A stretch of DNA of 64,000 nt from Mobula hypostoma (lineage: Eukaryota). Numbering within the stretch: the stretch's first letter is position 1; every line of letters begins with the position of its first letter. Shown piece after piece: positions 25,901-37,799 of the stretch. The position numbers and the translations under genes were made by a program. The DNA is taken from NCBI RefSeq assembly GCF_963921235.1, contig NC_086100.1:199332001-199396000 (forward strand), read 5' to 3'. The notes under the pieces are model-generated. The model had not been told where the DNA came from. It searched no databases and was given only the letters and a program-made list of their open reading frames with translations.

Positions 25901-27933
25901 GTCAGTGTGATAGATGTAAAACTGAGACAGCTACATTGACACATATGTTTTGGTCATGTTCTGTATTGAAACAGTTTTGGAAATCTATTTTCTCTACAAT
26001 TTCTAAAGCTTTAAAAATGAATTTACAATCTAATAAATTGACAGTTTTGTTCAGTATAATCCCTCAATATATTCACGGTATTTCTATATCAGACCAACAT
26101 GTAATTGCATTTGTTACATTATTGGCCAGAAGGGCTATTTTATTGAAATGGAAAGATGTCTCTGCTCCCACTTTGATACAATGGTTCTCTCAGGTGATGT
26201 TATGTCTTAGTTTGGAGAAAATCAGAAGTCAAACTTTTGATCCTCAATTTGACTTTGAGAAAAGGTGGGGTTCTTTTGCCCGCTACTATCATTTGCTTTG
26301 AGTTAATTAAGATGGTTTCCTTCTGATTCTTGTGTAAATGGATTTGGTTGGTGGATTGATGTTTTTCTTTTATGGAAGCTTGTACGGCGTATAGCTCCGG
26401 GGTTGTGCTCCCAATGGTTCTTTTTTGGGTTTTTTTGGTAGTAGGGGTTTTTTTTGTTTTAGTTAGTAGGGCTTCTTTTTTCCTTCTTTCTTTTTTCCAG
26501 AAAAAAGTTCTAACATTTTGTTTTTTTCTTATTATTATTGATATATTTTTTAGCTTGGTTAATCAGTTATTTGATAGTTTAACTCTTATTGTATATATTG
26601 ATATGTTGACTTGATTACTTTAATGTATTTTCTGTTGATTTTCAATAATAATTAATGAAAGGATTTAAAAATAAAAAATGAAGAGGAATCCACCTAACCC
26701 CGACCTGTATTTTGGGAACTGCAAGCTGAATTTAAAGAAGGAGCCAGTAATCTTTGGTGTTAATATTGACAACAAGTTGGTGTGGGATAAACACCTTTCC
26801 ACTGTTTCAAACAAGGCTGGACAAAGGCTTGGAGCTCTGCGGAAAGTAGCATCGAAACTAGACAAAAAGGGCAGAGCCAAGGTTTACAAAGCCCAGGTTC
26901 GAAGTATCATGGAGTATGCCTGCTTATCATGGATGAATGCCTCACATTGTGTCCTCAACCTGCTTAATTCCATTCATAGAAAGGCCCTCAGGATTATAGG
27001 TGTAGATGAAGCCACAGCTCGTGAGAAGCTCGCCAGCAGTAGCTTACACCACAGATGACAGGTTGCTGCAGCTACTGTGCTGTACAAAATACACACCAGC
27101 CACAGCCCTGCAGACCTTCGCACCATGTTGCCTTCATCTTATGAGAGACGGCGCACCACACGATCAAGTTTATCTGTGCCTGCTCATGCTGTTTCTATGC
27201 CTGATGTGAGAACCTACACACTGGATAGAAGCTTCTTTCACTGTGCCATCAGAATTTGGAACAGCCTTCCAGATGCTGTGGTTGGAAACATCTGCGATGA
27301 TGGGGTCCAAGCCTTCAAGAGTCGAGTGCACAAACACTCATCATCTCTGGGAGGGAAGTCATATGCTTCTTCATAAGCTATCATGAAAGGGACCAGGATG
27401 GCTGTGCTTGGTTGTTGGCAGTTAGGGTTAATACCTGACTTTCAAGAGCATTTGTGAGTTATGTTCCGGCTGGACTTAGTCCTTAAACTGCCGGAGAACA
27501 GTGTGGAAAGAACAGGTGCTGTTTTCTCCCAGTCGGGAATAGTTTTTAGTTTCAAGTGCTCCTGCCATGTTTTGTCACCCTGCAACTTTATCCTTTAATC
27601 TCTTTGAGTTATGGAGGACAGCATGTGTATAAATGTCTCTCTCCAGCAGACTTCATCATGATCATCATGACTCCAGTATTTCTACTATTCTTTAATATTT
27701 CTTAATTGCACACATGATTTTTTTTGTGTTCTATCGCTGAGCAGCAGTGAACCATCTGATTGGCCTATCAGAGTTCTCTTTGGGAACTAGTTAACTTGAT
27801 CAGCATTTCTGATCTGGCTATTGTTCACGATTGCACTTAATGAAAAAAACGGAATCGGAATTCCAGCAACTTACAATATTACATTGGGCTCTACCTGAGA
27901 GGTGGTAGTCATGGTAGGGAGCATCCTTGCTGG

Positions 27934-29480
27934 TCAATTTCTAATCGGGTTGTGGGCAGAGAACGCAGTCGTTGTCCCCACCTGTCCCTTGGTAGGTTTT
28001 TGTTCCCAGTTCTGACCCCCAGATAAAGCCCGCTCACGTCCTTCTCCCCGCTGAACATATTCACCTTTAATATTAGTTCCCTTCAGGGTTGATTGGGATT
28101 CAAAAGCCGGGTCCCAATAATACGTCAAAGCTCCTCACATTCGATTTCGGTCATTGTCAGGCAAATCCATATTATTTGTTTTCATCATGATGGCTAATTT
28201 AATTGGTAAGCATTGGAGCAGTGAGACATTAAACTGGGGGGACGGATTCCCATCATTAGAGGCTTGGTCTCCTGCGAAAGTGCCGTAGCAGGCCACAAAT
28301 CGCTCCCAATAGTCTGGTCCCGATTCTCCAGGCTTAGGTTTGCATTCAAATACTTTAGTGATGTTTACAGGTTGCTGGAGAGCCCTTTCCGAGGCTTGAA
28401 TAATCTGGTCTGTCTGTTCCTTCTCATTAGGGTTTCCCACCTGTAAGTCCTGATAGGTTTGGTATCTTAATTCGGCCTTCCATTTTCATCCTCATCAGCA
28501 TTTGTATAGTACTGCGGACATACTGAGCAAACTGTGCTGGTTTTTCTTTTCTATCTGGAGCCTGATTCACAATCATTATCATTTCTTGAGGCTCCCAATG
28601 TACATACACAGGAATTACTGAGGGCTGTCCCTCCTTGTGGACTGGGCAGCATTCGGGTGGGCAATTGTCTTTGTGGAGCCATTAACCCTGGGGTTTTTAT
28701 TGGATTCTTCCCTCCTTGTCTCTGAACAATCCTCAGTATTCCCTTTCTGGATCTCAGGGTATAGAGAGCCTCCCCTTCCCTGCCACCGCTGTTTTACCCG
28801 AGTGGCCACCGTATCTGAGTACTGGGAAGATTGGGGTTCGGCAGCACTGGGTGCACTTGGCCCCTGGTAAGGTGGGGGATACGTGGGTCCCCACTCCTCA
28901 TCACAGTCACTGTCCCCAAACAGGGTCGGTATGCCAGACATGGGCTCGGGATCCTTTGTTTCCCTATTAGTTCAAACTTTAGACTGACGTTCCTGCCCTT
29001 CTCTCCGATCTAGGTCAGCCTTGGTTTGCTTACGCTGTTTTTCCTGTTCCTATTTTCAGTGCCCATCCACCCATTCACGCTCCTCCTTTAGCATCTCCCG
29101 ACCTTTGGCGGTCCTTCTGCAGTACATACCTCTATCCCTTTGTCATATGCATTATTCCTCCAACTTGCTAATAATGTACTGTTCTACTTTATATCTGCCT
29201 TTTCCTTCCATTCGCTTTTCAACAATTTCCACTTCTTTCCACAGTTCTTTTTCCACATCACATTTACTGCTTGTTCTCATGAGGTAATATCCCAGGTACC
29301 CCCCCTCCAGTGGTCACATTTTGTTCCCCAATTTCTTATTCAGCGCTGAACTCAACATTCGTAAATCTTTTCCCTTGTCTAGAAAACTCACACATATAGT
29401 GTAGAGCTGGCTACACTAGCCTCTAATGATGGGAATCCGTCCCCCCAGTTTAATGTCTCACTGCTCCTGGCCCACTCATA
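27934..29480 (-). pseudogene. gag: ERV-A gag (disrupted), ending in TGA in frame with protease
   Basis: PPPY late domain (YPPPY); capsid MHR-like KPGESGPDYWERF; C-terminus ..AHNPIRN* without a CCHC knuckle. Confidence 0.85.
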
Positions 29481-29800
29481 TCAATTGACTGCAATTGACC
29501 CACGTTCTCCAAGTAATTTACCCGGCACAGCACCTCCAGCTCAATTGATAAATTTACACAGTACGTCTGCCTCCTGCTCAATTAATAAAATTTGCCTCCC
29601 TTACACAAGTCTCCCAGCAGATTCTTTCCCAATCCCGACAAAGTTATGCGATCAGCCTTGGGTAAGGGACCGTCCCTCCAAAGGAACTAACGGAGAGCAA
29701 CAAAAGGTAAAATATTTATTGGGCGCCCGGTCGGTCTCCGTAGTCCCCAGAGTGGTCCAGCCGCTCACTCAGCCTGTCTGCTTGGCACTCCCTATATTGA

Positions 29801-29819
29801 GATCCTGTTCGTGATGCCA
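29801..29819 (-). promoter_or_regulatory. ERV-A primer-binding site, tRNA-Ser(CGA)-like
   Basis: TGGCATCACGAACAGGATC next to the 5' LTR, versus the recalled complement of the vertebrate tRNA-Ser(CGA) 3' end, TGGCGTCACGAACAGGATT. Confidence 0.8.
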
Positions 29820-29821
29820 AA

Positions 29822-30429
29822 TGTTAAAGTCGAATCTGAATAAAACTCGGGAGACCAGCTTCTTATAGTTACACTTTATTGCACACCCTCCTGCAGGAGT
29901 TTGAGACCCAGTTGTCGAAGGGAAGGCACGTAAGTACTGCCACTATCCGACAAGCGGGCCCACTCTCTCCGGTTACAGCCGTATACTTATACATTGTAAG
30001 CCCCATAAATTACTGTTGCAAGATGTTATTTGAATTGGTACGCCCACCAAGTCTGTTGGTGCAAAACACAATTACTTAGATAAGAGAGTCCGCTAAATCA
30101 AAGCTTAATGACAGAAGGTTGTGCTGTCCAGTCCTTATCAGTTATTCCCTTTGCTAGGCCCTGACTTAATTACAGATGAATGTTCCTTCCTGTCCTTATC
30201 GGTGAGTCCTCCTCCTCCTACTCAAACGAGGGCACAATGTACAATGTTATCAAACTCTCAAATGTCCCTCTGCAAACCGAGGGGAATTGGTACTGAGCCT
30301 GCCTTAGCTAACTGCTGAAGGCAGAGTTTACTTCTGTTCAAAAATTTCTATTCAGTCCCAATTATTCTTTTAGCCAGAGGTTACATAGGTTCAAAATGCT
30401 TTTTTTTATATGGTATCCTCAATTCCTCA
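29822..30429 (-). repeat. ERV-A 5' LTR
   Basis: Direct repeat of 7032-7636 with scattered substitutions and indels. Confidence 0.95.
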
Positions 30430-30773
30430 TGTCCAGTTGGGTCTGGGCCTGGGTTATACAGTGGGAATTGGGAAACAGAGCCCTAAGACAAGAGGCGTGG
30501 TATCCCATCAGCAAGAGTCACAGAGCCATAGGGCACTAAAGCACAAAAACAGGCCCTTTGGCCCATCTAGTCAACACTGAACCATTGCTCTGTCTAGTCC
30601 CTTTAGCCATCACCTCCACCACAGCCCTCGACACCCCTCCCATCCACGTACTTTTCCAAACTTCTCTAAAATATTGTAACCAAACCTGCATCCACCACCT
30701 GCTCGTTCCATACACTCACCACCCTCTGAGTGAAGTCATTCCTCCTGGTGAGTGTGGGAATCATACAGTGGAG

Positions 30774-31241
30774 GGAGGAATCGATGGGAGTGTGGGAATC
30801 AGACGGTCAATGGGAGGGATCGATGGGAGTGTGGGGATCAGACGGTCAACGGGAGGGATCGATGGGAGTGTGGGGATCAGACGGTCAATGGGAGGAATCG
30901 ACAGGAGTGTGGGGATCAGACGGTCAATGGGAGGAATTGATGGGAGTGTGGGAGTCAGACGGTCAATGGGAGGAATCGATGGGAGTGTGGGGATCAGACG
31001 GTCAATGGGAGGAATCGATGGGAGTGTGGGGATCAGACGGTCAATGGGAGGGATCGATGGGAGTGTGGGGATCAGACGGTCAATGGGAGGAATTGATGGG
31101 AGTGTGGGGATCAGACGGTCAATGGGAGGAATCGACAGGAGTGTGGGGATCAGACGGTCAATGGGAGGAATTGATGGGAGTGTGGGGATCAGATGGTCAA
31201 TGGGAGGAATCAACGGGAGTGTGGGGATCAGACGGTCGATG
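30774..31241. repeat. 39-bp G-rich minisatellite, 12 copies
   Basis: Unit ggaggaatcgatgggagtgtggggatcagacggtcaatg. Confidence 0.95.
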
Positions 31242-31389
31242 GGAGTTTGGGAAACAGATGGTGGGGGAGGAATCGATGGGAGTGTGGGGAGAACAAAGCA
31301 CGGCTGGTGTGGACTTGACGTGCTGAAAGGCCTGTTTCGACACTGTGACAGAGCTTTGCTGAGGGAACTGAGCTCAGACAGATGTGAAG

Positions 31390-31640
31390 ATCGGCACGGT
31401 AGTTCAGGAATTACAGTGCCAGCTGTCGGTGATGAGTTTGTACGTTCTCCCTATGGCCTCGGCGTTTCTCCCGAGTGCTCCAGTTACCTCCCAGATTCCA
31501 GAGGCCGACAGTTTGGGGCTCATGAGTTGTGAGCATTCGATGTTGTCACCGGAAGCGTGGCGACACTTGCAGGCTGCCCCCAGCACATCCTCAGCCTGTG
31601 TTTGTCACTGACGCAAAACAACACATTTCACTGCTTCAAA
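31390..31640 (+). mobile_element. V-SINE (HE1-like)
   Basis: 'gagtttgtacgttctccc...gtgctccagttacctcccagattcca' V-domain-like core. Confidence 0.6.
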
Positions 31641-32034
31641 TTCAGCTTCATTGTCATTCAACTAAACATGAATACAGCCAAACAAAACAGTGTTTTTCCG
31701 GGGCCAGGGTGCAAAACACAGTACCCACAGCTGGAAAGGCAGATATACAGTACCTCATATAGAGAGCAAGCAACCACATCAGTAAAATACAGTCCCATGA
31801 AAGAAAATATTGCCCATGAATGTTGCAGCAGTCTGCAGTCGAGCACAATACATGTTCGATGCATGTCTGGCAAATAAAGCTGATTTCTCCCTCTCCGCTG
31901 TAACTCTGTGACTGACGGTTTCGCTGAGAGTGAACCGAACTCAGACAGAGGCGAAGGCAACAGTGACCCGGCTGTTCTGGGGAATCGTCACTGACAGGGC
32001 CTGTGGTGGGACTTGAACCGACACCATAGATAAG

Positions 32035-32225
32035 TAACACACACAAAGTGCTGGAAGAACTCAGCAGGTCAGGCAGCGTCTAGGGAGAGGAACGAACAGC
32101 CAGCATTTCAGGCTGAGACCCTTCTTCACGACTGGAAAGGAAGGAGGGAAGAAGCCAGAATAAAACAGGTAGGGAGAGGGGGAGGTGTACGAGTTGGAAG
32201 GTGATAGACGAGACCAGGTGAAATG
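32035..32225 (-). mobile_element. Penelope-derived repeat (degenerate hammerhead motif)
   Basis: Reverse copy of the family seen at 1-235 and 50165-50310. Confidence 0.6.
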
Positions 32226-32709
32226 TATTGAGTCAGGCTGAGCACATGGTGGAAGAGTCGGAGGGCAACAGAGATCACCAAGAGGGGTCTCACTAAACCT
32301 CTGAAGTTAAGATCACAGGGGTAGGGGGGGACAGGGGTGGATGCACCAGTCAGCTGCATGAATACTCTCAACTGCTTGGGGAAGGATGGGTGACCGGGTG
32401 ACTGGGATCGAGGTTCGCGCTGTGTCAGCTCACAAGACAAAACTGCATTCATAAGCAGTCTGTGAGACGAATCTGTTTCAGGCCTTCAAATAGTTCCCAG
32501 CTGCCCCAGAGCCAAAGGACTGTCACTGGGTGGGACAGCTGCCCGGTGGGGAGGGACCTCAACCCGAACACGAGACAGTCCCAATGCCAGCAAAGCGAGC
32601 CACTGCTCTTTCACCCGGATCACAGCAGGAACCCAGGGGCTAAGAGGCAGTGAAGCCTCACCCAGACAATCACACTCAGGCCCTGGTCACGTTAAGTACC
32701 AGCTCAGTC

Positions 32710-32910
32710 TGTGATGGGACAGTGTAGAGGGAGCTTCACTCTGTGTCTGACACACGGAGTGTGTAATGGGAGAATGTGGAGGGAGCTTCACTCCGTGTCT
32801 GACCCAAGAAGTGTGTAATGGGAGAATGTGGAGGGAGCTTCACACTGTGTCTGACACGGGGAATATGCACAGCGTAGAGGGAGTTTCACTCTGTGCCTTA
32901 TGTTTGACAC
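32710..32910. repeat. Degenerate ~50-bp tandem repeat
   Basis: Recurring 'gtg..gagggagcttcact..gtgtctgac' about 4 times. Confidence 0.7.
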
Positions 32911-33559
32911 CAGCAGGGAACCAGCTGGGTGAGTGCCGAGCTCTGGTGACCTGTTAATCCCATGAGATTTATGGGCCTCGACCCTTTGGAGCCAGTCCTC
33001 TCCAACCCATTACAGCTGAAGTAGCAATTAATCTGCCCAGACCTTACACAGACAGGGAGCATGTGCCCTGAGTTAAAAATAACTGGCCATAATTTTAGCT
33101 GGAGATGTGAGGATGTATTGAGTGACGGTTTGAGAGACAGAGAGTACTTAGCAGGAATTGCAGTACTTAGCAGGATGTGAAGGTTAGGCCCAGTCTCTGT
33201 GGGAGGCTAATGAACAGTGATTGTGGAGAGTCAATACTACAGCCTGCATGCAGAAGCCCACCCTGCATCCAAAACCTGCCAGTCCAGGGGTTGGACTGAA
33301 CTCTCCCACACATAACGCTCCCTCAGCACCACCCCTGTTACAGTGTGTCTCTGCACAGTCTTGCCCCCCCCCCCCAACAACACTGCTCCTCCCACAGGAC
33401 AGCTCTCTCTGGAAATGTGTTTACACCATGTCCAGTGTAGACAGTGGGTCGCGATAAGGGAGGGGTGATTTCAATCTCATTTTAAAAATGTATTGAGTTA
33501 TTTTAGATTTATTGTGACATTCTCTGTGCCTGATGGTTTGAAGTTTGAGTGGTAATAAT

Positions 33560-34520
33560 GGGGAAGCAATACTGTCCAGGAGTTGTGAGTAGCTCATGTT
33601 GTTCCATTTGTTCAAGAAGGAAATCAGAATAATCCTGGGAGTCAGACAGAGAAATTACTGGAGAGAATTCACAGGGGTAGAATCAGCCTAACCGTGGCCT
33701 AATTAAGGAGAGCCAGCAAGGTTTTGTGCAGGACAAATCGTGTCTTACGAACTTGATTGAGTTTTTTGACGAGGTGATGCGGGAGATTGATGAAGGTAGA
33801 GCCACCGATATTGCCCACATGGATTTTAGTAAGGAGTTTACAATCTCCCTCACGAGAGGCTCCTCCAGCAGGTTAAGTGCACGGGATCCATGGTGAATTC
33901 ACCATTTGGTATTCAGAACCGGCCTGCCCATACATAGAAGATGGGGTAGAAGACAGGGAGTGGTGCTCGAAGATACTTACTCAAGCTGGAGGTCTGTGAT
34001 TACAGGTGTTCCGCAGGGATCTGTACTGGGACCGCTGCTGTTTGTGATCTATATAAATGCCCTGGATGAAAATGTAGATGCGTGGGTTAGTAAGTTTGCA
34101 GATGATACAACGATTGGCAGAGTTGCGAATAGTGTAGAAGACTGGCAAGGAATACAGCACGATATAGACCAGTTGCAGATATGGGCTGAGAAATGGCAGA
34201 TGGAATTTCACCTGGATAAATGTGAGGTGTTGCACATTGGTAGGGCAAATGCAAAGAGACAGTACACTGTTATGGGCAAGACGCTTAACAGCGTTGATGA
34301 GCAGTCCGGAAAGTGGCTACTCAGGTTTACAGGGTTAAGAAGGGTTTATTGGAGACACTGAAGTCAGGAAGTTGTGTTGCAACTTTGTAAAACTCTAGTT
34401 AGGCCACACCTGGAGTACTGCACAGAGTTACGGTCACCCTGTTCGTTATAGGAAGGATACTGAGGCTTTGGAGAGGGTGTGCAGAAGACGATGAGAGGGC
34501 ATGTGCTACAGGACAGTGTG
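33560..34520 (+). mobile_element. Degenerate CR1 ORF2 fragment
   Basis: GVPQGSVLGPLLF, KFADD, WAEKWQMEF. Confidence 0.85.
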
Positions 34521-35304
34521 CACAGGCAGACCTGGACATCCACATCCTCAGTTCGGTGTGTCCCAGGTCAGAGGTCAGTGTGGGCAGGGGACGTGAGAGC
34601 CGGTGACCGCCCCCCAGGTCAGAGGTCAGGGTGAGTGCGGAAGTGGACGGCCAAGGATTGGAGGCCCTGAGGCAGCCTCTCCTGGGACTGGAGGCCTGCC
34701 TGTGTGGGTATCAGCAGCAGCAGTGCCATCACTCGAGTCGAGTGTGATGTTCTCCGAAGGGGTTGTCTATTGGTGGGTCCTCGGGTGGCTGTAGAGGCCA
34801 ATCTGGGATCCACGTACTCTGGTGCAGTGTGGGCATGAGTAAGTGAGTGCGTCTTTAGTCTCTCCTTTCCCAGCCGCCACTTGTCATTCTCCATATAGTC
34901 CATAAGACTAAGGAGCAGAATTAGGCCATTCGGCCCATCGAGTCTGCTCCGCCATGCGGTCATGGCTGGTTTATTTTCCCACAACCCCAGATTCCTGCCT
35001 TCTCCCCGTAACCTTCGGCGGCATGCCATGTTGGACTGGAATGTGTGGCAACGCTTGTGGGCTGCCCCCAACACATCCTTGGGCGTGCTGGTTGTTGATG
35101 CAAATAACAGTAAGGTACAGCGATAAATGAATCTGAAAGTGACTCATTGCTACCATCAGGGAGGAGGTTCAGGAGCCTTTAGACACACACTCAATGATTC
35201 CAGAACAGCTTCTTCCCCTCCATCATCAGATTTCTGAATGGACAATGAATCCATGTACATCAGCATCTTCTTTTTCCTTCTTTTTATGCTCCCTTTCTGC
35301 ATTA

Positions 35305-36200
35305 TTTGCCGTATCTCGGGTAATGATGAGTTTGAGTACAGAGAGGAAATTAAGAACCTGGTGGCATGGTGCGAAGACAATAACCTATCCCTCAACATCA
35401 GCAAGACAAAGGAATTGGTTGTTGACTTCAGAAGGAGTAGCGGACCGCACGACCCAATTTACATCGGTGGTGCGCAAGTGGAACAGGTCAAAAGCTTTAA
35501 ATTCCTCAGGGTCAATATTATAAATGACCTGACTTGGTCCAACCAAGCAGAGTCCACTGCCAAGAAGGCCCACCAGTGCCTTTACTTCCTGAGAAACTAA
35601 AGAAATTTGGCCTGTCCCCTAAAACCCTCACTAATTTTTATAGATGCACCGTAGAAAGCATTCTTCTAGGGTGCATCACAACCTGGTATGGAAGTTGTCC
35701 TGTCCAAGACCAAAAGAAGCTGCAGAAGATCGTGAACACGGCGCAGCACATCACACAAACCAATCTTCCGTCCTTGGACTCACTTTACACCGCACGCTGT
35801 CGGAGCAGTGCTGCCAGGATAATCAAGGACACGACCCACCCAGCCAACAGACTTTTCATCCCCCTTCCATCTGGAAGAAGGTTCAGGAGTTCGAAGACTC
35901 ATACGGCCAGATTTGGGAACAGCTTCTTTCCAACTGTGATAAGACTGCTGAACGGATCCTGACCCGGATCTGGGCCATACCCTCCAAATATCCGGACCTG
36001 CCTCTCGGTTTTTTTGCACTACCTTACTTCCCATTTTTCTATTTATGATTTATAATTTTTAAAAATATTTACTAATTTTAACTATTTTTAATATTTAATA
36101 TTTGTAATCCAGGGAGTGTGAAGCGTAGATTCAAATATCGCTGTAATGATTGTATGTTCTAGTACTAATTGTTTGGCAACTATAAAGTTTAAAAGTATTT
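35305..36200 (+). mobile_element. Rex1/Babar LINE 3' fragment
   Basis: WCEDNNLSLNISKTKELVVDFR, FYRCTVESIL.GCITTWYG, LPSGRRFR, NSFFPTVIRLLN. Confidence 0.85.
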
Positions 36201-37524
36201 ATTAAATATAACTTTTAAAAATATATTTCTTACTGTAATTTATAGTTTTATAGTTACTATGTATTACAATCTACTGCTGCCCCCAAATAACAAATTTCAC
36301 GACATAAGCCAGTGACATTAAACCTGATTCTGCTACTGAGCAGATGCGACGGAGCCTGAGCCTGGGGAGCAGAGAACAGAAGTATAAACGGGATCATCTC
36401 TGTGCAGATCTGGATCGGGCAAATAAGGGTGAAGAACCCACATGGCCCAGTGAGAGATGTCAGGAGAGTCGAGTCGGTAAGCACTCGAAGCTATTCTGTG
36501 GGTCAGATTCACTCAGCTGGCCAGGAACCAGAGTCCCAGCGAATGAGGTCATGACACTGCAGGGACGACGGGAGTGGGGAGAGGGAGAAGCTGCTCAGAC
36601 TCGGGAGCACTTCAAGCAGTACTTTGAGAAGATATCCTGGGGGGACTCGTCCAGTGAGACTGTACGGGCGGAAGTTGGAAGTAAGAAGGTAATGGTGACC
36701 CTGTGCATGGATTTCCCAGTGGTCAGCAGGAATTAGCGGAGCAAACGTGTGGGGGAATTGCAGGTGGGTGTAGGTATAACAGGGCTGTGGTTTAAACTCA
36801 TTCTGCCCCCTTGCTTTCCAGGTCCGAAATGTTGACTGTTTATTTCCCTCCATAGATGCTGCCTGACCTACTGAGTTGCTCCAGCGTTTTGTGTGTTGCT
36901 CTGGATTTCCAACATCTGCAGAATCTGCTGTGATTAATCAGGTACACGGAAGGGAAAGGTTTCGAAGAACAGAGCCAAGTGAGGGCAATGGGACTAGCTT
37001 AGATGGAAATCTTGGTCAGCATGAACCAGATGGGCCAACTGGCCCGTTTCCATGCTGAATGACACTATGACTCCGGTCAACCTTGGGCTTCAGCATGCCC
37101 ACCCTGAGGAGGAACTCCACACATCTACGGCCCTCTGAAGGAGGGAAACCCTCATCTCACTTCAAACTTCCTTCTGACCTCACACTCTTTGGAGAGGCCA
37201 GCATTTACTACACATTCCCAATTGCCCCACATGGACCATTTGAGAACGGGTACGCGGGGTGGGATGTGCGGGAAGAGGGCAGGGTTCAGGCTCAATGGGC
37301 TGAATGGCCTGCACCGGCAGTGATGGGAGGATGTGGACCAGAGGTTGGCCCTTTGCCTGTGGTCCCAGTCAGCCGCCTGGGAGCAACATGGAGATCGCGG
37401 TTCGATCAGCGACCCAGGACAGAAGAGGCTTGGATGAGCGGGCCCCCATCGCCCAACACCGGGTTAACCTATAGCCTCCAACCCAACCCTCCCTCTGCAA
37501 CCCGTCCTTGCTCAGGACATTAGC

Positions 37525-37770
37525 ACACCAGCGCAGTGGCTGGTGTAACGCTTTGCAGCACCAGCGATCAGGGTTCAAATGCCACTGCTGTCTGTCAGGA
37601 GTCTGCACGTTCTCCCCGTGACCGCATGGGTTTCCTCCGGGCGCCCCGGTCTCCTCCCACAGTCCAAAGACGTGCTGGTTAATGTTAGTAAACTGTGGGT
37701 ATGCTACTTGGCTGCCGGAACTGTGGTGACACTTGCAAACTGCCCCCAGTACATCCTCAGACTGTGTCAC
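37525..37770 (+). mobile_element. V-SINE (HE1-like)
   Basis: tRNA-like head with 'ggttcaaat' B-box and V-domain 'gttctccccgtgaccgcatgggtttcctccgg'. Confidence 0.7.
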
Positions 37771-37799
37771 AGACTTTATAAAAGCAGTCGTAGACGAGC

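Larger units (their letters stand above)
18440..26301 (+). pseudogene. L1 ORF2p (EN-RT-Cys), disrupted; interrupted by CR1 18715-22810
   Basis: ISWNVHG, GGDFN, LDAEKAFD, LYADDLL, FKYLGI, GGLALPN, CDRC..HMFWSC. Confidence 0.9.
13439..26679 (+). mobile_element. Apparently full-length L1-clade LINE with 8-bp TSD GAAGAGGA (13431-13438 / 26680-26687)
   Basis: 5' end (gga)cttccg; ORF1; ORF2 EN/RT/Cys domains; A-rich tail; exact TSD. Confidence 0.92.
12088..27670 (+). mobile_element. CR1-clade LINE (invertebrate/amphioxus-like type), 5' truncated, split by L1 into 12088-13438 and 26680-27670
   Basis: KSSGPDQIP, ALDIKGAFDKVWH, LYADDSTL, then MSRKR|NPPNPDLYFG across the junction, AGQRLGALR, YKAQVRSIMEY; (CATCATGAT)n tail. 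Confidence 0.85.
7032..30429 (-). mobile_element. Endogenous retrovirus ERV-A (class I, epsilon/gamma-like), defective, carrying ~16.6 kb of nested insertions
   Basis: Paired ~605-bp TG...CA LTRs, PBS, PPT and gag-pro-pol-env order on the minus strand; ~6.8 kb remains once inserts are removed; flanks tgtt/tgtc may be a 4-bp TSD with one mismatch. Confidence 0.95.

Noticed and set aside
30558..31532. 324-aa ORF with GGIDGSVGIRRSM repeats
   Set aside because: By-product of a stop-free 39-bp minisatellite; it begins in CR1 debris, ends in a SINE and is open in several frames
36344..36853. Overlapping ORFs in apparently unique sequence
   Set aside because: No recognisable protein motif or convincing splice pair; an exon cannot be excluded
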